64,000 bases of DNA, from assembly GCA_030295235.1 (NCBI GenBank), contig AP026124.1, forward strand, positions 2,294,001-2,358,000, written 5' to 3'. The notes below the pieces were generated by a model that did not search any database, was not told the DNA's origin, and saw nothing but the letters and a program-made list of their open reading frames with translations. Positions 24,660 through 36,123 of the stretch are shown here, in pieces; the stretch's first letter is position 1, and every line of letters starts with the position of its first letter. This stretch comes from Fistulifera solaris (lineage: Eukaryota). The position numbers and the translations under genes are program-made.

Positions 24660-25540
24660 CCAAGTAGAGGCTCAAGTTCCTGCAGATTTTGGTTCGCTCC
24701 AACCTCCAACTGCATCGATCAGAGCGCGTTGACAACCCAACTGGGTACGCAGGATAGTCGCTCTCATAAAAGCACAAATCGAAATCAAGCTTCACAAAAT
24801 CTCCCAATTCGGCAAGGCGACGGAAACACGAGCAAACACAATCTGTATGAGCCGCCAAATTGTATTCGACTTTGAATGTAATAGTCAATTCCTTGGGCAC
24901 AATTTTCATTCTGGACCCTATCTAGACCCTGTGCTGTGTCAACTTTGAAGGTAAAGTTGACCTCGGCTACCAAAGCGGAAAAATCAGATGTATCTGCTGG
25001 TGTAGCTTCTGCTTGTTAAAGGAGGCGGAAATTCTCAATTTGTGTGTTATCCTTGGCAAATAATACCAATGCCCCACAAATGATTTCCTTTCTCAAAGAC
25101 AATTAACAAAAGTGACACCACCGTCAGCAAAAGCCTCGGTTGGATAGATGTAAAATCAAGTCTAGTCGAGCCGGATATTCAGCTAGAAATCGCGATTGAG
25201 CCGAGCTAATGTTGGTTACATCCAACTCGATACGCACATTCGGGTGTGTTTAGAAAAGACCGTTCAGCTGGGCGAGTAAAACGACACTTAAGTCGAAACG
25301 ACGAGTGGAGCAACAAATTTCGATGCGCCACGACTGATCTTGCAAGCTCCACAAAAAGGCAGCCGTCTCTGCTACAGCGACATCGGATTTCTCAAAATAA
25401 CTTCATGAAACCAAGATACAGATCTGTAGATTCAAGTAGCAGGCTTGTACTGACATTTCAACCTTCGCCTTTGCGCACCATGACGGCTGTAGCATCAACG
25501 GCAGTTGAAAGATCATCCTCTCCCGTGAAACACAGTCCAT
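24660..25540 (-). pseudogene. Degraded expanded-family copy, subtype B
   Basis: IVPKELTI..AHTDCVCSCFRRLAELGDFVKL plus upstream remnants (VAETAAF, FADGG) broken by stops. Confidence 0.65.
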
Positions 25541-25944
25541 AGGCTGTAAAGGTTCGACCTTAATATAAAGTATCCATGTTTCTGGTGTTCGTGTAGGACC
25601 TCACAGCACATAGTGATATCAACAATGGTGCGTCATGCTCATCGATATGTGCATTGCGATGTGTGAAAGTGAAGGCGGTACCCACAAAGCAATGTCGCGT
25701 GACATTTGGTTTCCCTTGGAAAACGTTTGTGACGCACGAAAACATCGGTTCATCGCAGACGAAGAAAAACGAAACCTTAGTAATCTATGTGTTAAAATGA
25801 GTTTGTCCCGTTCGAGCTGTGAATGGAAGATCACGCCGTTTTTTTTTCAACCCGTTGGATTCTGGCGGCGAACGTTTGTCACCCAAAAAAGAATAAGCTG
25901 CCGAGGATGCTTACGACAAGCCGTGAAAGATCGAATCATCTATC

Positions 25945-26535
25945 TCATTTCGCATGCACTCGGATCAGTGCTTTTTGTCCTTCAATTTGGGGTGGATGCA
26001 TCAATTCCGCGAACGACGGCAATTGCTGTAACACCGTATCTAACAACAGTAGAGGCATTTTCAACACACAAATGTGTCCCTTTTCCAAAAATTTCGTCAC
26101 TTGCTGTAATTTGCGTTCCAAATCATGGTCCGCAATCTTGGGTTGGAGATGAATTTCTTTGATCGTTTTGCGTTTCGGATGGGAACTCTCTTTTTCTTGT
26201 TTGTACAAGAAGGATTTCCAATTTTCCATACGGATGACCGGAATCTCTTGTTGCAAGGAAATGCCAATCAAATCCAGTTTCTGTTGGACCGACAATTGCA
26301 CTGCTTGCGGTAACGACAACAATTGTGTGGAATTGGGATGTTGTAACAGACGCACTTGTATCTCTTGCGGCGGTATATGGCAGGCTCGTTTTCGTATGGC
26401 TTGCACGAGTGCTTCATTGACGAGATATTGTTTTTGGTTACTGCTTTTCGTGGCCAAGGTGGCCGCTGGATAACCAAGTCGTGGTAGTAGTATGCTAGAT
26501 GATGAACATTGGGCGGCTCTTGGTAACAAATTCAT
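25945..26535 (-). CDS. Translation initiation factor IF-3, probably mitochondrial
   Basis: VRLL..LSLPQAVQLS..LDLIGIS..PVIRM..FLYKQ and KEI.L.PKIADHDLERKLQQVTKFLEKGH. Confidence 0.8.
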   Translation of the reverse strand: MNLLPRAAQCSSSSILLPRLGYPAATLATKSSNQKQYLVNEALVQAIRKRACHIPPQEIQVRLLQHPNSTQLLSLPQAVQLSVQQKLDLIGISLQQEIPVIRMENWKSFLYKQEKESSHPKRKTIKEIHLQPKIADHDLERKLQQVTKFLEKGHICVLKMPLLLLDTVLQQLPSFAELMHPPQIEGQKALIRVHAK

Positions 26536-27092
26536 GTTTTAAGGCTTTCGATGGAAGGGTATAGTCACTTATTAGTGTTATTGATTTGCTTGTTATATAG
26601 GAATGGCAGCGGAATGAATACCAGGTACCAATCAAATGTTTCGTTATTCTTTCGTCGGTTTGGCTTTTTGTGATTATTTGTCGTCATCCCCATAGGCGAA
26701 CGGAAAAAAAACGACGCGCGAAAGAGCGAAGAGGCGAACAAAAAGTGCGACTGACAGACACTTAAGTCTTTAAGTTATTTTTCACTATAATGGTGAAAGT
26801 CGGTCAGCTACTCGTTTCGTACATTTGGGTTGCTACACAAACGAGACCGAGGGCGCAGCGTACCAGGTACCGGTACTTTATTATTTTGCGATGGGTCATT
26901 TTCGCCTTTTGCGGCCCTGCAAAAAATAATACCCGTATAATAAAGCGACGACGAAAAAAAAAAAAAAGAGAAACGATTCGAGAGCAAAGGCTTTTACTTT
27001 CCTATCGTTTGTTTAACTTACAAGAAAGACCGACTTGCCTGGCGTAACGATTGAAGAGTAGTAGAGTCTATCGCCGGAAAGAACCAAGCAGA

Positions 27093-28532
27093 ATGGTGCA
27101 AATGAGTCGACAAGACCAGGCGGTTGTCCTGGCGTTGCCCGGAAATGCACAATGTTGTGATTGTGGTATGAAAAATCCACAATGGGCTTCGGTGAGCTTT
27201 GGGAATGTCTTTTGTCTCGAATGTAGTGGTGTTCATCGGTACGTACTTGCGTGAGAGAAAGTAAAGAAAGGAAAATTAATTGTAGATGGAAGAGAAAAAG
27301 TGACTGACAATTGTGCCTTGGGCCTCTCTCTTAAACTATCTACGTACAACAAAACAATCTACGAAATAAAATAATTATACAGTTCCCTCGGAGTTCACAT
27401 TTCCTTTGTACGTTCCATTGCCATGGATTCGTGGACGGACGCTCAATTGGCACAAATGAAATTGGGTGGCAATGACAAATGCAATGCTTATTTGCAACAA
27501 CACGGCATTGATCCCCGCACACCGATCAAACAAAAATACGAAAGTCCTGTCGCGCAATTGTACAAGTTGCAACTCAAAGCACGAGTTGAAGGTAAATCAA
27601 TACCGACCGAGTTACCAGTGGTGGCGCCGCGCAGTGGGAACATGCCGAGTAGTCACAACAGTAGTAATAGTGCAGGTGATCCCAACAGCATGGAGCGATT
27701 GCCGGGAGAATCGGAACAACAATATGTCGCACGACAAACGCGTTTGCGGGAAGAAGCTCGGGCACGGATGGCGGCCAAGTTTGGGAATAGTGGAGGTAGT
27801 ATGGGTGGTATGGGTTCCAGTAGTATGCAAGGAATCGGGAGTGATCCATCGTACAACCCACGCGCCGGAGGTTATTCTTCCGGCAGCCATAACGATGTCT
27901 TGCAAACGTTCAGTTCGGGATTGGGGGCCGCCTTGGGTGTTGCGGGATCGTATGCCGGAAGTGTTGCCGCCAAGTTACAATCGGAAGATACCTTGCAATC
28001 GGTCAAAACGGTCGGATCGTCGTTCTGGGGGACCTTGACTTCGTCGGTGTCCACCGTCGCCGCGACGTTGACGACCGACGAAGATGACGGATTGAGTGAT
28101 TTGCAACGACAGTTCGCGTCACAGAAACCAACACAAAGCAAATATGCGGGATTTGGAAGTGGCGCTCCCACGAATAGTAGTAGTAGTAGTAGTTTGGGTG
28201 CACCGGCGGCTCCCAGTCCATCTCCATCGTTTGTGTCAACCGTGCAGGAAGCACCCGGCTTGCCCGGAGAAGACCGCAATGGAGTCGAGCGTTTGACGGG
28301 AGAGTCGGACGAGCAGTATGTCGTTCGTCAAACCCGATTGCGAGATGAAGCTCGAGCTCGCATGGCGGCCAAGTTTGGTGGTGGTGGTGGTCTTTCCTCC
28401 GTGGCAAACAGTCCTCCGCCGCCGTCGTCGTCATCGCGTCCGACGCCACCGCCATCGCTGGTTAAACCTCCGTCGAGTGGGAATGGTAATAATGTGAATG
28501 CCACGGATTTCTTTTCCTCGTTTGGTGCGTAA
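27093..28532 (+). CDS. ADP-ribosylation factor GTPase-activating protein (ArfGAP1-like); intron 27239-27382
   Basis: CCDCG..NPQWASV..G...CLECSGVHR|SLGVHISFVRSIAMDSW zinc finger with the catalytic Arg; GTACGT...TACAG intron. Confidence 0.93.
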
Positions 28533-28662
28533 GTGTAATGATAACTGGGCTGAACGGAGACGAATAGGATATAGTAAATTGAAACAACACCCATAAATGA
28601 AAGAGATACATGCGAAAGAATGCACTGGGGAATCAAAGTGTGTAACCGGAGTGTGTTATTTT

Positions 28663-31656
28663 CTAGCGCTTTTTCTTATTATTTTTGCGTTTGTTATGCT
28701 TTGATTTCGGTTGAGCTTCGGTGGCTGTTTCTTCCATGGATTCGTCATCTTCGTAGTTTTGGATTATAGGAGGCATTGAGCTTCGAAGTTCTCGAAATGA
28801 CTCATCAATGCGTTCTTCATATTCTTCGGCAGAAGCAAACACACTTGACTCAATTTTCGATTTCTTTTTGCTGCGGAAACCAACCGTTTCTTCTAGATCG
28901 TCCTCTTCGTCTTCGTCTATGCCCCCAGCCATAAACAAGAGTTCAGCGTCATCATCTTCCTCCTGGTCTTCGTCGTCGCCCTCGTCATCTTGATTGACGC
29001 AATCTTCGTCTTCGGACTTGTCTTCTTTTTCCTCGTCATCTTCACCGTCCTCCAGCACAAGCTTTGGTGGCATTTCCGCTTCACTATCTGAGTCACCACT
29101 TTGATCCATGAACGCATCGTCGTCATCGTCGACATTGTCATGATCATCTGGACTTGACGAAGAATCGTTCTCGGACCCCTTCGCATTATCATCATCATCA
29201 TCTTCGTCGTCGTCGTCGTCGCTATCTTTCGCAACATGCTGGTTGTCATCATCATCGTGAAGATCATCCCAGCCTTCTGTGTCAGGATCTTCGTCGTCCA
29301 AATCGCTCGGCATATCCATAGTGTCTTCCATAAGAGACTCGGCAAGTGAATCCACAAAAGCCTCTTCTTCCGGATCATCCTCCCAAGCTCGCTCGTATGC
29401 GTCAAAGTCATCGTCGTATTGGTCATCTACATTGTTCTGCTCCATCTTATCCAAGAGGTCTTGGCTATCATCGTCATAGTCCTTCTTGCCCTTCTTTGTA
29501 TCTTTGTATCGAACAATCCCCTTGACTTCATCGCGTTTGGCCCTTTCTTCAAAGAAACGAAAGAAGAATTCGTCTTCTGGGCTGACTTCGTTCTTCTGCA
29601 GAAAACTGCGATCATTCACAGGAACCATGGGTGTCGATGAACGGTGGCGCTCCATGACCGCACTGCGGGTTTGCTCCGTGGACCGCTGTGACGTTTTCGG
29701 GTTGCGGTAGGCAAACTTGTCCAGAAAGTTGCCAAAGGCAAAATCGTGCAAGGGATCGCCGTTGTAGCCCAACTCTGAGTCCAGCGAGTGGGTGAATTTA
29801 ACGACGGATGGATGATAGTGATGTTGCAACAAGTTCATTTCCCAAACTGGAGCATTCACATGACCAACCTCACCAGAGTCCGTAATCGCAGTAGAAACCA
29901 TACCATTCTCCATCTGCACTAATGCACTGCGCGGATCACGTTTGCTACCATCCAAAATGAATTCAGAGTCTTCTTGGACTACTTGAGCATACGATTGTTG
30001 CAAGAATGGGTGAATGCGCGCCACTTCGTGCCACATATACAGCGTTGCTGTCACCGTCGCCGCGTTGGGACACGACATGATGGTAGACATCAAGCGCTTG
30101 CAACACGCTTGAATGCGTCGTTCGTTCGTGTCGTATTTGAATGACTTGTACAACAAATTGAAGAACTGCGTCAAATGCTTGCCAGAGAAAAGCAATTGCG
30201 TATCGATCAATTTAGCATACAAGGCACGGTAGAAACGTGTCCGACGTGCTTCATGCTCCGGTGTCGAGGGTAGCGGTGTCGCTATTACGGGTGCTTGCCT
30301 ATTCTTTTTGTTTCTTCGTTGCTTCTGTTCTTGTTGCTGTTGCTGTTCCTTTTGCTCAACACCAATTACCAAATGAAACAACAGCAACAGGGCCTGGGTA
30401 CACGCAGCGGGTGGTGCCGTGTGCACGACACGGTACAAGGCATCCAAGTATTGTTCCATATCATGCGATGCATCCACGTACGGGTGTGCTCGATTCACCC
30501 CGGTCAAAAGAGCCGACAACAATCGCGAATTCAATTTCGTATCATCGGGTGCCTTGGTCTTCTTATATTCTTTGGTAGCAGTGCGTCCCGAAATCGCCCA
30601 CTCAAACAATTGAAAGTAGGTCTGAATCAACGAAGTCGCCAAGGCCACCGACTGTGGATTCCGCGACGAGAATTCCAATTGATTGAGAAACAAGATACAG
30701 TGATACAAGGCTTTTGGTGACAAATGCGGCCGATGGACCGTTTGTTGAACTTCTCGTGCCACGACGGGTTGCATGGCGGGATGATGAAACAAGATGCCCC
30801 GCAATTCGTGTGCGGCCCGGGCCGCAATTTTGCGAGCAGGATCTCCCAACTTGTTCACTAACAACGAAAGAAGGATCTGTTCCCCGGTGGGAATTCGTTG
30901 CAACAAGGTCGCCGCACTCTTCAAGGCAAAGATTTTTTGCGTTTCCAATCCTTCCTGTAAGGTGTATTTCAAATATTGCTGTAAGAACATCAAGTACTGT
31001 TCCATGATCATTTCTTCAAAACGCCACAGGAGTAAAATCCGTGGAGACAAAGTGTGTTGGGCCTGGTAACGCATGAGGGGACGTTGCGATAACGCGATCA
31101 GTGACCGTTGCGACGGCAAATACGTATGCATCCACAAATCCATCAAGGCTTCTGCCGCCAATTGTGCGACACGTGAATTGTTGGTAGGACGCGTCATGTC
31201 CATGAGCTGTTGTAATACGTGAAATTGATGTACGGGACTTTGTGCAACGACGACACTCATGGCGGCAATCCGATCTTTCAATGTACCCTTCCGCATCGTC
31301 GATTCCATCCAAGCATCGTCTTTGGATTTGTTCGATAAGGCTAAAGCAATTTCGTGTCGAAACAAGTCATCGGCTTGTTGTCGATACTTTGTAATAATGA
31401 CCGCGGGAGTGTTGGGGGTGTCATTCTTGGTTTTGTCATCGAATTTCTGGATGGTGTCATTGCGTTCCGGTAATTGTTTACCAATTAAATACCATTTTGG
31501 TGCATCTTCCGTTAATTGCAACAACAATGTCGTATGTTGTTGTGTAGCCTTGCTAGAATCTTTCGATTTTGATGTAGTATCGGCCTGGTGGTGTTTCGTT
31601 TTGTCATCCGATTGTCGACCCCGACGACGTCGTTTGTCGCCGGCATGTTCGCCCAT
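28663..31656 (-). CDS. MAK21: CBF/Mak21 (Noc1/CEBPZ) 60S ribosome biogenesis factor
   Basis: GTLKDRIAAM, LVNKLGDP, ALLTGVNRAHPY, RFYRALY, HYHPSV, FLDKFAYRNPK, acidic tail with FASAEEY. Confidence 0.92.
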   Translation of the reverse strand: MGEHAGDKRRRRGRQSDDKTKHHQADTTSKSKDSSKATQQHTTLLLQLTEDAPKWYLIGKQLPERNDTIQKFDDKTKNDTPNTPAVIITKYRQQADDLFRHEIALALSNKSKDDAWMESTMRKGTLKDRIAAMSVVVAQSPVHQFHVLQQLMDMTRPTNNSRVAQLAAEALMDLWMHTYLPSQRSLIALSQRPLMRYQAQHTLSPRILLLWRFEEMIMEQYLMFLQQYLKYTLQEGLETQKIFALKSAATLLQRIPTGEQILLSLLVNKLGDPARKIAARAAHELRGILFHHPAMQPVVAREVQQTVHRPHLSPKALYHCILFLNQLEFSSRNPQSVALATSLIQTYFQLFEWAISGRTATKEYKKTKAPDDTKLNSRLLSALLTGVNRAHPYVDASHDMEQYLDALYRVVHTAPPAACTQALLLLFHLVIGVEQKEQQQQQEQKQRRNKKNRQAPVIATPLPSTPEHEARRTRFYRALYAKLIDTQLLFSGKHLTQFFNLLYKSFKYDTNERRIQACCKRLMSTIMSCPNAATVTATLYMWHEVARIHPFLQQSYAQVVQEDSEFILDGSKRDPRSALVQMENGMVSTAITDSGEVGHVNAPVWEMNLLQHHYHPSVVKFTHSLDSELGYNGDPLHDFAFGNFLDKFAYRNPKTSQRSTEQTRSAVMERHRSSTPMVPVNDRSFLQKNEVSPEDEFFFRFFEERAKRDEVKGIVRYKDTKKGKKDYDDDSQDLLDKMEQNNVDDQYDDDFDAYERAWEDDPEEEAFVDSLAESLMEDTMDMPSDLDDEDPDTEGWDDLHDDDDNQHVAKDSDDDDDEDDDDDNAKGSENDSSSSPDDHDNVDDDDDAFMDQSGDSDSEAEMPPKLVLEDGEDDEEKEDKSEDEDCVNQDDEGDDEDQEEDDDAELLFMAGGIDEDEEDDLEETVGFRSKKKSKIESSVFASAEEYEERIDESFRELRSSMPPIIQNYEDDESMEETATEAQPKSKHNKRKNNKKKR

Positions 31657-32050
31657 GATATACTACTGTGTATTGCTGTAACGACTTGAATATCTATCTG
31701 GGCTCGATAGCGTAGATTTAGAAGAAAAGAAAACGAAAAAGAAAATAATGAAAGCCGATCGCAAACGTCCAGATGATTATTATTTTTTTTCGTTGGCTGA
31801 GCTCTTGGCGTGACTCATAACCTCGCGCGCTTATTTGCGCGACCGACACTCCTCTACTCCTCTAAATCCTTTGGCCTCTTCTGATGTCGAGGAACTCTCG
31901 TCGCGCCATTTTTTTTTCGAGAAGAACGAAAAAAAAAAAAAAGTCTTTTTTCTGGAAGGAGCAAGCAATCATCGTTCTTGAAATTTATTCAGTATATTCC
32001 TCCCAAATAATGAACGATTACCACCACCACCACCAGACACAAAGATTAAA

Positions 32051-34329
32051 ATGACATCTATTGGTGACGGGATTTGTCGCTTTCATGGTGGTCCCATTCG
32101 ATCTTCGTTGTTTGTGCTCATTCAAGATGAGTACGGAACATGGTTGTGTCAGAGTTCGTCTTCGTTAGACGACAATAATGACGATACGATGAATATTTGT
32201 TATACGCGATCAATTCAAGTGACACCGGACGATCAAAAAGATAGTATACTGGAAGGATGGGAATCGACGAAACTTTTGTTACTACCAGACGAGGCTACAT
32301 TCTGTCCCTTCGCGAAACCGCATTTTCATGGTCGGATCCGGATGACGACGCCTACCAACGAGATTGACGAATCGTTCGAGGAAGTGATAGGAAAAATTAC
32401 ATTCCTTTCGTTACCGGCGTTGCCGCTTTTGTCACTTTCCATTCAAATCCAATCGGACGAGAAGGTCGACGACGACATACTGTCACCGTTGTTGTTTACG
32501 TGTATCAAACGTCAAATGATTGGCTGTCCAGTTCTCTGGTCGAACAAGATATGCACTGCTTTTACAATTCATGATTCGTTTCGAATGTGGAATTGTCAGG
32601 TCCAAGCGGTACAATTGGAATCCCAGCACGTACAAGTATCTTATCCGTTCTCGTTGGGCATCATTTATCCCAGTACCCGAATTACGATACATATCGAACA
32701 CGAAGAAAAAAATACAAGTCCTCTTTCCACAACAGCCCTAACGACACTGTCACCGGCCGCACAATTGCTGTACGAAACGCTCCACTGTCTCCAAGCCGGT
32801 CAAATCCATGTACCACGTTATTTTCTCTGGACGGGTCCACCAGGAGTCGGGAAAACATATTCGGTGCAACAAGTCTTGCCGTGGTGTCAATTTCACACTG
32901 TGCAAGGAAACTTGTCGTCGCTTTTACCAACCATTACGAAAAATAGTAGCATGAAACCGACACTGGTCTTTTTGGATGAATGTGAGGCCATGGCATCGAA
33001 CGACGAAGGTGCGGCAACTTTGGCGTATTGGTTGGATGAATGGTCCTACTCATCGACCTCCCTGGTTTTGGTGGTAGCGGCCACCAATCGCGTGGACGAC
33101 CTTCCCGCATCGTTACGACGTCGATTTCATAAGGAAATGCATTTTATGCCACCTAACGCAGAGGAGCGATGTACGATTCTTCAACAATTGTTGCAGAAGT
33201 GGTGGCCTGTTGCGGATCTTACGACCGACGACTTGCGCGAGGTCGCTGATTTATGTGTGGGATATGTGGCGGCAGATTTGGTGGCCTTGGTGCGGCAGGC
33301 GTCCTTGGCGCACATGATGGATACAGACAATAGTGAAACATCGACTGAGGCGCCTAATATATACAAGGGCTATCTTTTGCGCGCAATGAAACAAGTCGGC
33401 GCTTCGGCACTAAGAGATGCTGCAATGACAGCTCCTCTAACGACCACGAGTTGGGACGACATTGCGGGGGGAAGCGGGAGGCGCTAAAAAGGCATTGCGG
33501 CAAGCGATCGAGTGGCCCCGCACCAAACGAAAAGCGTATGAATTGTTGGGATTAACGCCACCGCGGGGTATCTTGTTGTATGGACCTCCGGGGTGTGCAA
33601 AAACTAGTTTGGCTCGGGCCGCAGCGGGGGCCTCTGGAGTCGCTTTTGTGTCTCTGGCACCTGCCGATGTGTATGCTTCTTCCTACGTTGGTGATGCAGA
33701 GGCCATTGTGCGACGATCCTTTGACTTGGCGCGATCGGCCGCTCCTTGTGTGCTCTTTTTGACGAAATTGATGCTATTCTGGGGGTTATGTCGGACGATG
33801 GAAATGTTTCTGCTGGAGGCTTGGCCCGTGGACACTCGGCGGAGGCACGTGTGTTGTCGACCTTTTTGAATGAAATGGACGGCGTTGACGGTTCGTGGCA
33901 GGATGGAGTACTGGTGCTGGGAGCCACTAACCGTCCTTGGACTTTAGATGCGGCCTTGATGCGTCCTGGGCGCTTTGACAAAATTATTTACGTCCCTCCG
34001 CCAGATACGGAGGGGCGTCGAGCTATTTTGAAATGCAAACGCGTAATTGGAGGGCAAATAGTACAGCTGCAAATGATGATCCAATTGATATTGATTACTT
34101 GGCCATTGATAAAATCTCTGGGAACATGACAGGTGCCGAAATTAAAGGTGCTTGCCAAGAAGCTGCTATGCATGCGTTGCGCCAATTCACCGAAGGAAAG
34201 ACGTCTGAGCCAATTGTCCGTCAACGCGACCTCTTGCACGCTCTCTCTTTGGTGAAACCCTTGCTGTCACATCCTTCTCAGATGGAAAGCTTTCGTTTGT
34301 TTGAGAGCAAACGTCGAAACTGCATTTGA
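32051..34329 (+). CDS. CDC48-family double AAA ATPase (AFG2/SPATA5-like); homopolymer frameshifts near 33470, 33758, 34032
   Basis: D1 GPPGVGKT/VFLDECE/AATNR; D2 GILLYGPPGCAKT/FDEIDA/LNEMDG/ATNRPW.LDAALMRPGRFD. Confidence 0.88.
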
Positions 34330-34352
34330 ACTTTCTGATCGTCTCTTTCTCA

Positions 34353-35714
34353 CTACTCCAACAGTAAATCGCCGTCAATTTCACACAAAACTTTGTATTC
34401 GGACACATCCCACGTCGCATGGACAAAAACATACAACGTGTCAGTGGTTACATACACCGAACAGCTCTTACGCCCATCACTTCGATCGGATGAGCATTCA
34501 AAGTCGCTGAAATGACCGTGTGAGTTCATGAGGATATCCAAGTCTTTCTTTTCGATGCCGTCTGTGGTTTCGAGATGACAATGAACTACAGACCCTTTGG
34601 GGACATCGTTTATTTCAAACACTTGAGTGGAGTCTGCATCGAGTGATCCGCTTTCTTGAAAACCTGTTTGAATTGCTCTCAAGTTACGAGCCGAGCGGGA
34701 CACAGGACTTCGATACGCTAAGTACGAATCCACCATGACAGAAATCTGCCCTTCGGTGAACTCGTACAAGCACGAGTCAGCAGAATAGTCCATAAAATTA
34801 AAAATAGGATCCAGTTTTCCATCTCCTGGACATGTATCACGTCGGTCTTGTGGAGAGCATCCACTATTGGGGGTCTTTTCGGGTGCCGTATCGCCGATAC
34901 CATCACCATCTTTGCAGCGTCCTTGGAAGGTGTGAAACAGGCCTAGCCAGTGACCGACTTCATGGACCAGCGTATCTCCTTCGTTATAAGCGGAAAGTGA
35001 TCCTCCACGGATCGCTCTTCGATTAATCACAACGCCATCTGATTGGGGTCGGGAAGCGTACCCATTCGGTAATGTGGCATAACCCAAGAGGCCATTCCTC
35101 AAGCTCGTTCGTGTGCGAATTGCCGTATAATATACATTCAAGACACTCTCGTCGCCTTTGCGCAGCGCCCGTTTCATCTTTCCTTCGCGACGCAATATGG
35201 CCAAGAATGATACATTCACCCTCATCCAGCGACGGTTGATCGGTCGCGAAATACAGGCAGTTGGATCCGAGGTCGAGTTCGTCGTTCCGTTGATATTGCC
35301 GTTCTCATCGAGTGTCGCCAAGGCAAACGAAATACCCGTATCCAGGGAACAATTTCCCAAACACCATTCGAGCTCAGTGTCACAACAAGAAGCATTCGTA
35401 AAGGCTCGATTTAAATGATCCAGCTCATCTTGCAGTTGCTCATTCGAAATGGTGTCGTTCTGGTGATTTTCACGTCGTGGAATGTGAAAACAGACCGGAA
35501 TCTCTATCGACGACAAACGGAACTCGGGGTTGCGGTCTTCGAGAAACTCACGAAACTGACTGGCGTGTTCACGTGCTAGAAAATCTTGCGCGGTGGGCAA
35601 GGCCGTACCACATCGATGAAAGATCGATGATGATGAGTCTTCTTCCAGGTGACGTTCATGCGCCACCATCATCGGAAGTGTCAGCAACAACAGAAACCAA
35701 GAGGAGTATTTCAT
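34353..35714 (-). CDS. Secreted M43 (pappalysin/ulilysin-like) zinc metalloprotease with PPC-like C-terminal domain
   Basis: Signal peptide, HRCGT cysteine switch, HEVGHWLGLFHTF, Met-turn NFMDYS. Confidence 0.92.
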   Translation of the reverse strand: MKYSSWFLLLLTLPMMVAHERHLEEDSSSSIFHRCGTALPTAQDFLAREHASQFREFLEDRNPEFRLSSIEIPVCFHIPRRENHQNDTISNEQLQDELDHLNRAFTNASCCDTELEWCLGNCSLDTGISFALATLDENGNINGTTNSTSDPTACISRPINRRWMRVNVSFLAILRREGKMKRALRKGDESVLNVYYTAIRTRTSLRNGLLGYATLPNGYASRPQSDGVVINRRAIRGGSLSAYNEGDTLVHEVGHWLGLFHTFQGRCKDGDGIGDTAPEKTPNSGCSPQDRRDTCPGDGKLDPIFNFMDYSADSCLYEFTEGQISVMVDSYLAYRSPVSRSARNLRAIQTGFQESGSLDADSTQVFEINDVPKGSVVHCHLETTDGIEKKDLDILMNSHGHFSDFECSSDRSDGRKSCSVYVTTDTLYVFVHATWDVSEYKVLCEIDGDLLLE

Positions 35715-36123
35715 TGCGATATGAAAATTGTTTGGTGCTGCTATTAGTCGTCGTGTTGATTAATTACCTGGTAAATGTTTCAAAGATAATCTTTTCATTT
35801 TTCCCACGTTCGATCGGCACGACGTTGAATTTCAAAGAGCCAAACGACTACACAAACGTACAGTTAGTTTAAAAGTGAGAAGAGTCGTCGTCGGTCATGG
35901 ATCGGCGACGCGCGAAACGGGATGTGCGATTTATTTATTTACTCCATTGATTGCTTAGTTGCAGTTATTTCTACATTAAAAGGTATAGTATATGTTAATG
36001 CGGCATACGGAAGTCGGAGAAGCAATGAAGATTTCAAAAAGTGTGCCACAAAATTCGATGTCTTTGACCTTCACTTTTTACGGCGCAAAACGAAAACAAA
36101 AAACCATGTTGTTGTGCCTCCAT

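Noticed and set aside
11975..25540. Expanded family as a transposable element
   Set aside because: No terminal repeats, target-site duplications, or transposase, RT or integrase motifs could be seen around any copy.
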